Source: a virus. Taken from it: a stretch of 64,000 nt of DNA. The first letter of the stretch is position 1. The number at the start of each line of letters is the position of its first letter. The stretch spans positions 32,001 to 96,000 of the IMG/VR virus record IMGVR_UViG_3300025009_000054; one strand, written 5' to 3'. This document shows, one piece after another, positions 9,089 to 18,393 of this stretch. Position numbers and translations under genes: made by a program. The notes beneath the pieces were generated by a model. That model did not search any database and was not told the origin of the DNA. It was given only the letters and a program-made list of their open reading frames with translations.

Positions 9089-9514
9089 TCAATGTATAAT
9101 GTGGTATCTACACATAAGAGTTGCATCGTCTACACCTGGTACGGTTGGTATAGAGGCTTCGCTACTCCAAAACTCGGTTTCTGCTTTATATGCTTCACTA
9201 CGCGTATGAAATCTATATGACCTTAATATTTTCACTATGATAGGCAATACAATTCTGCTATTATCAATAAGTGTTATCTCCATTATCGATGTACCAAGTT
9301 TATTATTACTATCGATAGGGTATATTGGAGTAGTTATTTCTAACATGTTTCTAGGATCCACATACCCTAAATAGCTAGAATACGCTTGATGATCCCATTT
9401 TGTGGGCAATGGTTCTTCCATCCCGTTAGGGAATAATACTTCCATCAACATTCTACTCCAGTCTATAATATTTACCATCTTTACATCTGAAGTATCATCG
9501 TCATTATATAGCAT
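9089..9514 (-). CDS. Hypothetical protein
   Basis: AAGGAG RBS; downstream of promoter motif copy 2. Confidence 0.6.
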   Translation of the reverse strand: MLYNDDDTSDVKMVNIIDWSRMLMEVLFPNGMEEPLPTKWDHQAYSSYLGYVDPRNMLEITTPIYPIDSNNKLGTSIMEITLIDNSRIVLPIIVKILRSYRFHTRSEAYKAETEFWSSEASIPTVPGVDDATLMCRYHIIH

Positions 9515-9578
9515 GATGGACTCCTTACAGTCACTTTAATGTTATTATCAACAAAGTGAACACGTTTTCGTTCCTATC

Positions 9579-9614
9579 AGTGTAGACGTACGGGGAGCAC
9601 TAGACGTCGTTAAT
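9579..9614 (-). promoter_or_regulatory. Candidate phage promoter, copy 2
   Basis: Minus strand ATTAAC-N17-GTACGTCTACACT, intergenic, right after a terminator. Confidence 0.55.
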
Positions 9615-9630
9615 TCTATTTCCGCTATCC

Positions 9631-9675
9631 AAATAATGATAATGGCTAAGTCCGATGTAGACTTAGCCATTATCA
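9631..9675 (-). terminator. Intrinsic terminator
   Basis: Perfect 16-bp stem TGATAATGGCTAAGTC/GACTTAGCCATTATCA with a 7-nt loop, followed by TTATTT on the minus strand, 25 nt after the 9700 stop. Confidence 0.7.
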
Positions 9676-9699
9676 GTGAACAAACCACGAGAAATAAGA

Positions 9700-9966
9700 T
9701 CAAGTCGCGGTTCCTATCTTTTGTTTCTTCGATTCTCGTATTGCCTTTTGTACAAACTCAATCGCTATATAGATAACTCCCCAATATATAGCAATCTTCT
9801 CGTTAGTATTGATTGCGCTATGCAACCAAGTAATCCAATTATCAGAGCAATAAGTCAGCAACGCTGACCCAGCAATAGTGGCAAACCTTCTGAGTATTGC
9901 CCCAGCCGCGATCGCCCACGGCTTCCAGTTTTCCTCACTTTTGAGTAGCTGTACCAACCAGTTCAT
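9700..9966 (-). CDS. Small membrane protein (holin-like)
   Basis: Two to three hydrophobic segments and a basic C-tail (KKQK); GGAGGTG RBS. Confidence 0.5.
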   Translation of the reverse strand: MNWLVQLLKSEENWKPWAIAAGAILRRFATIAGSALLTYCSDNWITWLHSAINTNEKIAIYWGVIYIAIEFVQKAIRESKKQKIGTAT

Positions 9967-9981
9967 GGTTGATCACCTCCC

Positions 9982-12444
9982 TTACACCTTCGTTATCTCC
10001 ATAATAGGGAAATTGACAGCATACTCGCCATTTTTCTTCTTCATTTCATCGATACGCTTAGCCCAAGGCGAACTACGTGGTGCTACTCTATCAACTAGGA
10101 CGAGTGCAGTCTCTGTATCTGGGTTAATATTATCGACTATACCACGCAACTGGTATGTAGAACCAGTCTGCGGATCACGTCTATTAATAGCGACTTCATC
10201 ACCAATTTTGAATGGTATACTAGTCTCAGGTTTCGCATTAGGGTCGTACAGATACTGCAACGGTGCCATCTGGTTATTAACGATGTTATTACCCTTACCA
10301 ACAGCATCCTTAACGCGCTCAACTTTCCTCTTATACTCAGTAGAACCTGGCTCTAGTCCATCAGTCATTCCAAGTGCGTCCGCTACCATCTCTCTATTCC
10401 ATGGGTGTGTTGTGCTACTTGGAAAAGTATGATACATAAGCCACGCATCGCGATGATGTTCTGGCATGTTACTAATTGCATCAGATATTGGAGCTATCGT
10501 ATCTTCCCACTCCATCTGTTCCTGCATCTTGTGTGGTGATCTAATAGCATTTGGTCCATTTGCTTCAAATGAATCATTGCCATCATCACCTGGATCACCT
10601 TCGCTACTGTTTCCATGAGGCGCATCAAGTGATATCTGGTTATCTTCGCGTAACTTCTGTTTACGCAGGTAATCCTTTTTCTGATTATGGGCTATCATAA
10701 ATAGCCATGTCTTAAAACTAGAATTGCCCTTGAACGTATCAATCTTTGCGTATGCGTTAACAAACGTTGACTGAGCAACATCATGTGCCATTTCTTGATT
10801 GCAACCTTCACTCACCATTAGGCCGACCACATTATTATAATTCTTAGATATTAGCTCATCCCACGCACCCTGATTACCTTGGCGTGCTGCATCTACCAGT
10901 GCAAGTTCCTTAGGGTCAACGTTGCGGTAGGTCGGGCGTAGACCCTTCTTACCTTTCTTTGCCGTAAGCACGTACACTTCTTGTGCTATCGCATCAACAT
11001 CACCCTTACTAAGTTTAACACCACTAGACCTGATTTCATCGATGAATATACGGAATGCATCGTTAAAATCCTTAACTTCATTCTCATCATACTCTTCGTA
11101 TATTCGATCCTCCTCTGCTAGGAAGTCCTGTGCGAATTCTTCTACTTGGTCGATTGACAGAGTACGATTTACCAGGCTCTTATTTTTAGTACCCTGATCT
11201 TTAGGACGGGGTATACTTCTATCGAATGTATCGCGTTTCCTTATATCCCCATCATGCTGTCTCTGGAATAATTGCTGCAATATGGGATCTTCTTGTATAT
11301 CATCATCGTCTGATTCAACGCTCTCTGGTAGAAGTCTATCATCTTCACCAGTATATGAATCAGTTTGTATATCCGGAGTCTTGCTAGCATCAATATCATC
11401 GACTACAGGAGCTGTCTTACGACGCTTTACACGACGTCTAACGTCAGCTCTGCTCTCGTCACTATCTGTTTCTTTTGTTTTTGGTGTAGATGTTACGCCC
11501 TTTGGCTTCATATCCCAAGTCATAAGTCCAGCATATGACTCCAACTGGTCCATAGCATCCGAGTCACCAATAACATTCTCAAACCGACTTTTATCAGCAT
11601 TATATGATCGACGTGACAGATGAAATCCCATATCTTCTAGGAGCCCTATATTTTCACGTGTAGTCTGTACCCATCCAACATACTTATCGGCCTTGACTCT
11701 TTCGCCATCTTCTTGCGATACTATTGGCCGACCATAGTGGTCTATAGCTACCACTGACTTAGGTTTTTCATTAGGCGCTATATATCCACATTGTACTGTC
11801 GTGACGAATACACCGTAAAATTGGCCACCAGGTATACCAACTTTAGATTTTTGTTCATATTGGTGCATGATCTCTCCTTCATACACCGGTATCTGATCAC
11901 CATACTCATCGAGTTTAGGTTCACCTTTTTTATATTTAATATACTCTCTTCCGTCTTCATCGGTATCCATAACATTTTCATTATATCGCTCATACTTGGG
12001 CTGTTCGGATTCCTGCATTGTGGATGGTGCACTTCCCATCATCCTTGGTGCAGTAGCGGATGGGTCTAATGTGTGTCCAAGTCCTTGATAATACTTGCAC
12101 CTTACACCAGGAATTACTCCAGTTGTCTCATCCCACCGCTCTTCGTCCCATACTAGCACCGATGTTGGTGCCGCCGATATATCAGGTGCCCCACGACATA
12201 TCTTTACGAAATGTCTGTCACGAAGTAACGGGCATTTCACCATCCCAGGATATTGTATTATACGGTCGACGTATGGCTCAATATGATAGCCAGCATCATC
12301 AGCAATACGCTTGAGTTCCGCTACAGTAACTCCAAGAGTTTTAGCCATCTGTACATCATCTGATCTAAGTAGAGTTTTTGATGCACGTTTGGTAAGATAT
12401 GTTCCCATTTCTGGATATCTATGAAGCAATTCACACAATTCCAT
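9982..12444 (-). CDS. Large multi-domain protein with an ECF-type RNA polymerase sigma factor core
   Basis: Region 2: AWDELI...AHDVAQSTFVNAYAKIDTFKGNSSFKTWLFMIAHNQKKDYLRKQK. Region 4: AISNMPEHHRDAWLM...EMVADALGM. About 500-aa N-terminal extension and a KOW/SH3-like tail. Confidence 0.85.
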   Translation of the reverse strand: MELCELLHRYPEMGTYLTKRASKTLLRSDDVQMAKTLGVTVAELKRIADDAGYHIEPYVDRIIQYPGMVKCPLLRDRHFVKICRGAPDISAAPTSVLVWDEERWDETTGVIPGVRCKYYQGLGHTLDPSATAPRMMGSAPSTMQESEQPKYERYNENVMDTDEDGREYIKYKKGEPKLDEYGDQIPVYEGEIMHQYEQKSKVGIPGGQFYGVFVTTVQCGYIAPNEKPKSVVAIDHYGRPIVSQEDGERVKADKYVGWVQTTRENIGLLEDMGFHLSRRSYNADKSRFENVIGDSDAMDQLESYAGLMTWDMKPKGVTSTPKTKETDSDESRADVRRRVKRRKTAPVVDDIDASKTPDIQTDSYTGEDDRLLPESVESDDDDIQEDPILQQLFQRQHDGDIRKRDTFDRSIPRPKDQGTKNKSLVNRTLSIDQVEEFAQDFLAEEDRIYEEYDENEVKDFNDAFRIFIDEIRSSGVKLSKGDVDAIAQEVYVLTAKKGKKGLRPTYRNVDPKELALVDAARQGNQGAWDELISKNYNNVVGLMVSEGCNQEMAHDVAQSTFVNAYAKIDTFKGNSSFKTWLFMIAHNQKKDYLRKQKLREDNQISLDAPHGNSSEGDPGDDGNDSFEANGPNAIRSPHKMQEQMEWEDTIAPISDAISNMPEHHRDAWLMYHTFPSSTTHPWNREMVADALGMTDGLEPGSTEYKRKVERVKDAVGKGNNIVNNQMAPLQYLYDPNAKPETSIPFKIGDEVAINRRDPQTGSTYQLRGIVDNINPDTETALVLVDRVAPRSSPWAKRIDEMKKKNGEYAVNFPIMEITKV

Positions 12445-12481
12445 AGTTGATTTCCCCTTAGCTATAGATCGCGGTCTAATT

Positions 12482-12925
12482 TTATTCGGATTCGTAGCCT
12501 TCTGGTTCTGCTGAAAATACTAGGTTGACGATTAATTCGCCACTGTCTCCGATCCTTGGTACAGTAACAGATGAGAATGTCCAGTTATCACCATAGATAC
12601 CCACGGACCCGCTGATGCTATCGTAAACTTCTGACCATTTGATATAGTCGTTGGCGTTAAGCTCTTCTATTACTACGTCTTGCACTTCCTTCGCATTTGA
12701 AGGATCGTTAATTCCAGGTATCCCACTAAAGGCTAGCGATATATCACCTGTGATATACATCTTTGAGGGCTGATGTTGGGATAGACCAGATTGCGCTTCA
12801 CCATAACATTCGAGTACTGTCATGATATTGGGCAACTGTTCAGTATCTAGTTCAAATTCTTCTGCATTACCCTCCTGAGCACTATGTAAACTCGCATGTG
12901 ATACCATGCTAGTTAGCCATTCCAT
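12482..12925 (-). CDS. Hypothetical acidic protein
   Basis: Start moved to MEWLTS behind GGAGG; the ORF-track 5' extension is the promoter. Confidence 0.6.
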   Translation of the reverse strand: MEWLTSMVSHASLHSAQEGNAEEFELDTEQLPNIMTVLECYGEAQSGLSQHQPSKMYITGDISLAFSGIPGINDPSNAKEVQDVVIEELNANDYIKWSEVYDSISGSVGIYGDNWTFSSVTVPRIGDSGELIVNLVFSAEPEGYESE

Positions 12926-12976
12926 GTCTTGCCTCCAAAGGCTCAACGAACACGGGGCCGACGGTTCCACACTTCC

Positions 12977-13006
12977 ATTATACCACGAAAAGCCCATTCT
13001 TGTCAA
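12977..13006 (-). promoter_or_regulatory. Consensus sigma70/SigA promoter
   Basis: TTGACA-N18-TATAAT with extended -10 (TGnTATAAT); an inverted repeat CCCATTC/GAATGGG brackets the -35. Confidence 0.8.
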
Positions 13007-13062
13007 TAGACGAATGGGTACTAAACAATCAGCCCCACGATCGATCGAGTCCTATTTGTTTA

Positions 13063-15963
13063 CTATACTTGACGTCTCGCAACTCGCTGCTCATATTCCA
13101 CTTCAGCCTCAGCCTGACTACGAGCAGCTATGTAGTCGTTCTCGTCAAATTGACCATCCTGTATATCGTATTTGCTGTAATTGAAGTCATCAATTAGGAT
13201 TTCCTCAGTACGGTCTACAATCTCCTGCGATGCAGTTCTCATAGCCGATGCAGAAAATGGCATTGGATCCTGACTAGGAATACCACTAGTTCCACCTACT
13301 GATGGTCCGCTAGTTTCCCATGGAAGATTTCCGGCACCAGGCTGCCTACCCATCTGCGTGTCGAAGTCATTAGTTTTCTGTTCTTTACTTTTAAGATCCT
13401 CAACACGTCTTTTCTTTTTATCTTCTACGATACTGAGAATCCTCGCGGCTTCATTTGTTGCGTGAGAAGCAAGCCTACTACTTACACCATTGGCAATATC
13501 ATAAGCCCTTACCCACCTATCATATGAGCTGCCACCCATTCTACGTGCCATTGACTCTAGCATAGCAATATATCGCTTGCCATCTTCACCAGCATTCTTA
13601 ATCGTAGTTATGGTAGAAGCTAGATCCTGTACTATATGATCATCACTTGAGCCACGATAATCTGCACCAAGATCATTATATGCTTTCATATAGGCACCCT
13701 CAAGATCGCCTATATATCTCAATTGTGCGGCTCTATCCTCAGCTAATGCCATCTGAGTATTTGCCGGTAATCCCCATCTAGAATCGTGATCACCCATGGG
13801 TTTACCAAGAGTAGTAATAGATTTTTGATGATCTCGACCAAATGGATCACTATCCTCAAGCCCAGCTTCATCTTTATTACTATTCATTTCGTTCATGATT
13901 TGATCGGCAGTTGGACCAGCTTCGTGTGGTCCAACTCCAACATCTTTAAGTGTCATCTTTAAAGCATCTTTAAGGCTATTAGATCTATTTCTATTTGCAA
14001 GCAGTTTATCCGTAAAACGAGTCTTACCACTAGACGACCCATCTACATTAATGGATGAACTTGTACTATGATTTACCGCATCACCAGTTGGTGTACTAAG
14101 TACATCCGACAATTCACCATCAGTCTGTGCGGTTCTCATTCCAGTATCGCCACTAACCTCATGCCAGCCATCACTGTCATATCTATTTTTTACTCTCTGA
14201 CACTCAGCGTCACCATAGCAATCAGTAAGCAATTTGCCAGTCTCGGCATCTATGAAATCAAACCACGCCTCTTCTCCATCATGACTATGATCACTCTTGA
14301 TCATATATCCATTACTTACGTCACCATCCATGTCGCGAGTGGCGTGGCCTTCCAATTGATCTTCATGCCTCTGATCAGCATGAATGTCATCGTATTTATT
14401 ATCGTCTTGTGCTGTACGTCTGCCAGGTGACGGGTCATCATTATCGTCACTATCATATATACCAGCGCACATATTCTGTGCAGCCTCTCTAGACAATCTC
14501 TTTTTATGCCCAGTCTTACCAACGCCACAGCTCATAAGGTGAGCAACATGCCCATCAAATCCGCCTTCAAATGAGCCATCTTCGTTCATATGTCTGCAAT
14601 AGTGCTTCTTCGCTTCTACCTTTACCAGTCTAGCGAATTTATCCATATTGCGGGCACCACTGAAAAATCCACTCTGTGGTATAGATATATGCCCATCCCC
14701 ACGGAATTCTTCATCACTACGTATACCTAACTGCGTATCGGTATCAAAGTCGCGATGCATAGCCGGACTATCGTACTGACTGCGTTCTCTATCCTCATGA
14801 TATCCACACGATACGCATTCCATCTTAGCCCAGTGTGGTCCACCACCAGGAATCTCTTCCATATCATTTCCACACTCTGGACAACTACCCATTTCAGAAG
14901 TATCAGCATGGTACTGACTAGTCTTAATTTTCTTAGATTTACCATCTACACCAGCAGTATCAATCTCTACTATATTGAAATCTTTTATGCTATCTTCATA
15001 TTTCTTATCAGTAGGATTACCAAGATGCTGATTATGAGGTTCGGACAGCTCTACTGGCATGGTAAACGGAAGTGCTTCTCTTCCTTTAGGTGCTGAGACA
15101 TCGAACCCAAGATTTGCAATCTCATCAATAACTTCTTCAACATCATCACTGGACATTGATGAATTCATCTTCATCATACCATTGAAAACAGTCTGTATGT
15201 CCTGTCTCGTTTTTTGAGCTACTCTGAGAACCTCTTCGGCCATTCTAGGTGCCGATAATGGTGCACCAGGGAATACTGGATTTCCCCAAGGTCCACCTTT
15301 AAACCCTGCAGCAGTCTTATTCATAGCTGTTAGCTGGTTATGTACTATACTTTCATCACCATTTGGTGAAATATCGGTGCGGTCTGACATCTTACGTGTA
15401 CCAGATTTAGCTATACCAAGATCAACAGCCATATCTTCAAGACTCGGCTTTTCAAGTTGATCTAGAGCGGATGCAACTACCTCATCAAACTGCTCCGGAT
15501 CCAAGTTTTCCTTGAAATAGGTCATAGCCTTATCACGGTGTGTCCTAAAGAACAGACCTATATCATCGATCAGCTCTGTTCTAGTAAGAGTGTCAGCATC
15601 TTTACCGGTATTAAACGTAGTTAGTGCTTTATTAGTGGTGTCTACCATGCTGTCATCATTAGGATCGTCTACTGCATATCGACCATTTGCATATGTCACT
15701 ACAACCGGCATCTTAGATTGGCCTGTCGGGTTAACATATACAACGTCAAACTGTAGTTTTGCTACCCTAACGTTGCCAACACCACACGCATTGATGTCTA
15801 CGTTGAGCATATCCATGCCAGTAAACGAAGCCTGAGCCCCATCCAGTTTCAGAGACTTACAGTATTCACTTACCTTCTTATATGCACATTCGACTAGTCG
15901 GTGACGCTCATCACTACCAATCGATCTATCACTATTCGTATTGAGCGCGGCTTGTATACGCAT
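13063..15963 (-). CDS. Large acidic multi-module protein with RTAQ/RTAS motifs (putative virion internal polyprotein)
   Basis: 966 aa; NKTAA, RRTAQ, MRTAQ, MRTASQ; Zn-ribbon CPEC...CVSC. Confidence 0.7.
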   Translation of the reverse strand: MRIQAALNTNSDRSIGSDERHRLVECAYKKVSEYCKSLKLDGAQASFTGMDMLNVDINACGVGNVRVAKLQFDVVYVNPTGQSKMPVVVTYANGRYAVDDPNDDSMVDTTNKALTTFNTGKDADTLTRTELIDDIGLFFRTHRDKAMTYFKENLDPEQFDEVVASALDQLEKPSLEDMAVDLGIAKSGTRKMSDRTDISPNGDESIVHNQLTAMNKTAAGFKGGPWGNPVFPGAPLSAPRMAEEVLRVAQKTRQDIQTVFNGMMKMNSSMSSDDVEEVIDEIANLGFDVSAPKGREALPFTMPVELSEPHNQHLGNPTDKKYEDSIKDFNIVEIDTAGVDGKSKKIKTSQYHADTSEMGSCPECGNDMEEIPGGGPHWAKMECVSCGYHEDRERSQYDSPAMHRDFDTDTQLGIRSDEEFRGDGHISIPQSGFFSGARNMDKFARLVKVEAKKHYCRHMNEDGSFEGGFDGHVAHLMSCGVGKTGHKKRLSREAAQNMCAGIYDSDDNDDPSPGRRTAQDDNKYDDIHADQRHEDQLEGHATRDMDGDVSNGYMIKSDHSHDGEEAWFDFIDAETGKLLTDCYGDAECQRVKNRYDSDGWHEVSGDTGMRTAQTDGELSDVLSTPTGDAVNHSTSSSINVDGSSSGKTRFTDKLLANRNRSNSLKDALKMTLKDVGVGPHEAGPTADQIMNEMNSNKDEAGLEDSDPFGRDHQKSITTLGKPMGDHDSRWGLPANTQMALAEDRAAQLRYIGDLEGAYMKAYNDLGADYRGSSDDHIVQDLASTITTIKNAGEDGKRYIAMLESMARRMGGSSYDRWVRAYDIANGVSSRLASHATNEAARILSIVEDKKKRRVEDLKSKEQKTNDFDTQMGRQPGAGNLPWETSGPSVGGTSGIPSQDPMPFSASAMRTASQEIVDRTEEILIDDFNYSKYDIQDGQFDENDYIAARSQAEAEVEYEQRVARRQV

Positions 15964-16030
15964 TTGTACTCAACCTCCATCCCAACGCGTGTTGGGTATC
16001 ATACTTACACTACCATTAGTATAGTAGAGC

Positions 16031-17140
16031 CTACGACCAGGAATCCACTATCGTAGCACCACCGGACATTGCATTAGCCATGTCCTGTTCCTCGGTATCA
16101 TATACTCTAACAGACGATGGCATCGATTTACGCCCATCATTATATGCAGCCTTGATTGCCATAGAATCTCCATCTTCTACATATGGAAGCCTATCGTAAT
16201 ACTCAGGCGTCTCATCTAGATGAGCAAGAGCTATTTTAGCCGTCTCGATATCATCGTCGTCTGTGATGTTATTTTTACCAGCCTTAGTCCCATGCTCCAG
16301 CTCCACGTTTAGCCCATCGCAGAAGTCTTCTACCGTGAACGGGTTTGTATCCCAATTTATGCCAAGCTTCTCACCGATCTTCTTGGCTTCATCAATAGAG
16401 AATTTAGAGCGATGTTCCTTTTGTGCCGATACAGTCTTACATCTTGGGCATTTCTTACCTGTAAACTTCATACCACACTGTTTACATCTTACTTCTTGCA
16501 CTTCTTCTTCATATGGACCATGAATGCCCTTGTCGTACCGTTCTCCGTTAACCCTAACTTCTCCACCAGGCCATATTGAGACAGCCTTTTCACCATAAGC
16601 ATTCATGAGATATCCGGTAACATCGTTGATCCTTTGATCTTCAGCATGCTCCGCTGCTTCTTCACGCTGCTTCTTCATCTTCATCATGTACCCAAGCCAG
16701 CGTTTATGCTTCTCCTGCTTCTCCTGGTCTGATAGTCCAGCTACTGCGGCCATGCCACTCCGCTCGTGTATGTCCTCTACAATCTCGTCCATTTCAGACT
16801 GTGGGATTTTAGAACGTACACCATGTGGTATGTCATGCTCATGTTTAACCGAAATAACATCGTCACGGTCAACATTCTCGTCAAATAGGTCAATAGCAGT
16901 ATGTATGGGATGCTCAACGTAGTTTGGCATGGATTCACCAGTTGGGTAAACGAACGTGTAGCCACTCCTACCCTTCTTAGTGACCACTACATTATCGTCA
17001 CCCATGACATATATACGAGTATCTCTATCTGGAAGATCGTACCTCTCGCGTACTACAATACCAGGTTCATTATCTGGTCCAAGTTCTGTTGCCCTCATTT
17101 GAGCTATTCTACCTGGACCAGTAAATCGAATACTATCCAT
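16031..17140 (-). CDS. Multi-module protein with Zn-ribbon and DUF5661-like domain
   Basis: CKQC..CPRC; AKKIGEKLGINW...GLNVELEHG...TAKIALAHLDETPEYYDRL. Confidence 0.7.
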   Translation of the reverse strand: MDSIRFTGPGRIAQMRATELGPDNEPGIVVRERYDLPDRDTRIYVMGDDNVVVTKKGRSGYTFVYPTGESMPNYVEHPIHTAIDLFDENVDRDDVISVKHEHDIPHGVRSKIPQSEMDEIVEDIHERSGMAAVAGLSDQEKQEKHKRWLGYMMKMKKQREEAAEHAEDQRINDVTGYLMNAYGEKAVSIWPGGEVRVNGERYDKGIHGPYEEEVQEVRCKQCGMKFTGKKCPRCKTVSAQKEHRSKFSIDEAKKIGEKLGINWDTNPFTVEDFCDGLNVELEHGTKAGKNNITDDDDIETAKIALAHLDETPEYYDRLPYVEDGDSMAIKAAYNDGRKSMPSSVRVYDTEEQDMANAMSGGATIVDSWS

Positions 17141-17158
17141 TACTAACTCCAGTCAGCT

Positions 17159-18286
17159 CTATACGCTAGCCCATTCCTCATTAGACGAATAATACGCCTT
17201 AGCTCCATTGCATTCCCAATATGGAACATATCCTCCGCGATCTGCACCCTCTGGGTGGGCGTCAACATATCCAGTTCCAGGGCAGTCAATGGGCTTTTCA
17301 TCTATGCCCAGTATTTGAACCTTACCTTTATTTACATCTGGGAACGCAGACTTCTGATTCAGCTCTTCAGCTAACTCTTCATTAGTCATAGAATCACCGC
17401 CAGAACCTGACATATCGTACTGTGCAGTTCTTGGTTCAGAGTTATCAGAGTAGCCACCCTGCTGTAGGGCATTATCGAATTCTTTTCTATCCCAGGTATG
17501 CTGTTCATTATCTTCTGTGGGCCCACCTACACCATGAATAGCTAGCACTATCGCATTATAGGCATCGCCATCTTGAGATCCAGGCTCAACATCACTGATA
17601 AGACCATTAGGACCGGAGACTTCTATGCTGCCCCACTCTGAATCTGACTCATATGAGACTCCATTGATTAGCCACTCTTGGTGGAAGTTACCATCATTTT
17701 CATCAGTCGATACGAGCCGAATATTGATGGTACCACCCTGCTCTTGTGCGGTTCTTGGTTTACCACTGTTAAGTTCATCCTGATCTGCGGGAGCGGTAGT
17801 CATATCTTGATACTTCACTACATATTTTGGTTTTCCGGTAGTGGGATCAATTGTAGAGCTGTCGATAGTACCGGATTTACCATTATAATTCACCTGCTGG
17901 CCATTACTATAGGTCTGCTGTGCCGTTTTCGACATAGCAACCTTGGCCCCACCAAACGATAGTGGCTTTAGACCTTTCGCTTGCAAGTAGCCACGTACCA
18001 TGTCATCATCGTCATCTTGCGCTCTAACAAGCATTTCGCCATCAACCATCCATATAGCTCCAGTTGACGGATGCTGATATACGCCCTTACCGTGATCTAC
18101 TAGCTGCGCGGTTACAGACCTACTAAACGGCACACTATCCCTGCCCTCTAGAACTACAGAAGTAGGGTCAATTTTATTACTAGCCGTCCTCATGCTGGCT
18201 GTCCGGTTCTCAGCGATAGCATCGGATTCTAAGTCTGTAAGAAAACTTGGCAGTTCATCGTACTGCCGCGCTATTTTTCTAAACAT
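17159..18286 (-). CDS. Acidic multi-module protein with repeated R/K-T-A-Q/S motifs
   Basis: RTASMRTAS, VTAQ, KTAQ, PRTAQ twice; SH3/KOW-like module between KTAQ and RTAQ; GGAGGTG RBS. Confidence 0.7.
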   Translation of the reverse strand: MFRKIARQYDELPSFLTDLESDAIAENRTASMRTASNKIDPTSVVLEGRDSVPFSRSVTAQLVDHGKGVYQHPSTGAIWMVDGEMLVRAQDDDDDMVRGYLQAKGLKPLSFGGAKVAMSKTAQQTYSNGQQVNYNGKSGTIDSSTIDPTTGKPKYVVKYQDMTTAPADQDELNSGKPRTAQEQGGTINIRLVSTDENDGNFHQEWLINGVSYESDSEWGSIEVSGPNGLISDVEPGSQDGDAYNAIVLAIHGVGGPTEDNEQHTWDRKEFDNALQQGGYSDNSEPRTAQYDMSGSGGDSMTNEELAEELNQKSAFPDVNKGKVQILGIDEKPIDCPGTGYVDAHPEGADRGGYVPYWECNGAKAYYSSNEEWASV

Positions 18287-18352
18287 GTGACACCTCCAAA
18301 GTGTTTGCTAATCAATATAGTAGGGTATGAGATATTTACGGTGATGTTCAAA

Positions 18353-18388
18353 AGTGTAGACGCACAACGAGAGCTAGGTGGTGCCAAT
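18353..18388 (-). promoter_or_regulatory. Candidate phage promoter, copy 3
   Basis: Minus strand ATTGGC-N17-GTGCGTCTACACT, between the TerL stop and the ATG at 18286. Confidence 0.6.
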
Positions 18389-18393
18389 AATAA

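Noticed and set aside
9127-9135. CGTCTACAC on the plus strand
   Set aside because: Inside a CDS, opposite orientation and without the upstream element; likely chance.
12926-13006. ORF-track N-terminal extension MTRMGFSWYN...
   Set aside because: The TTG start is the -35 hexamer of the promoter; a GGAGG RBS precedes the ATG at 12925.
8073-18388. Reading the TTGGC element of the repeated motif as a sigma54 -24/-12 promoter
   Set aside because: The GG-N10-GC spacing is not met, and copy 2 lacks GG.
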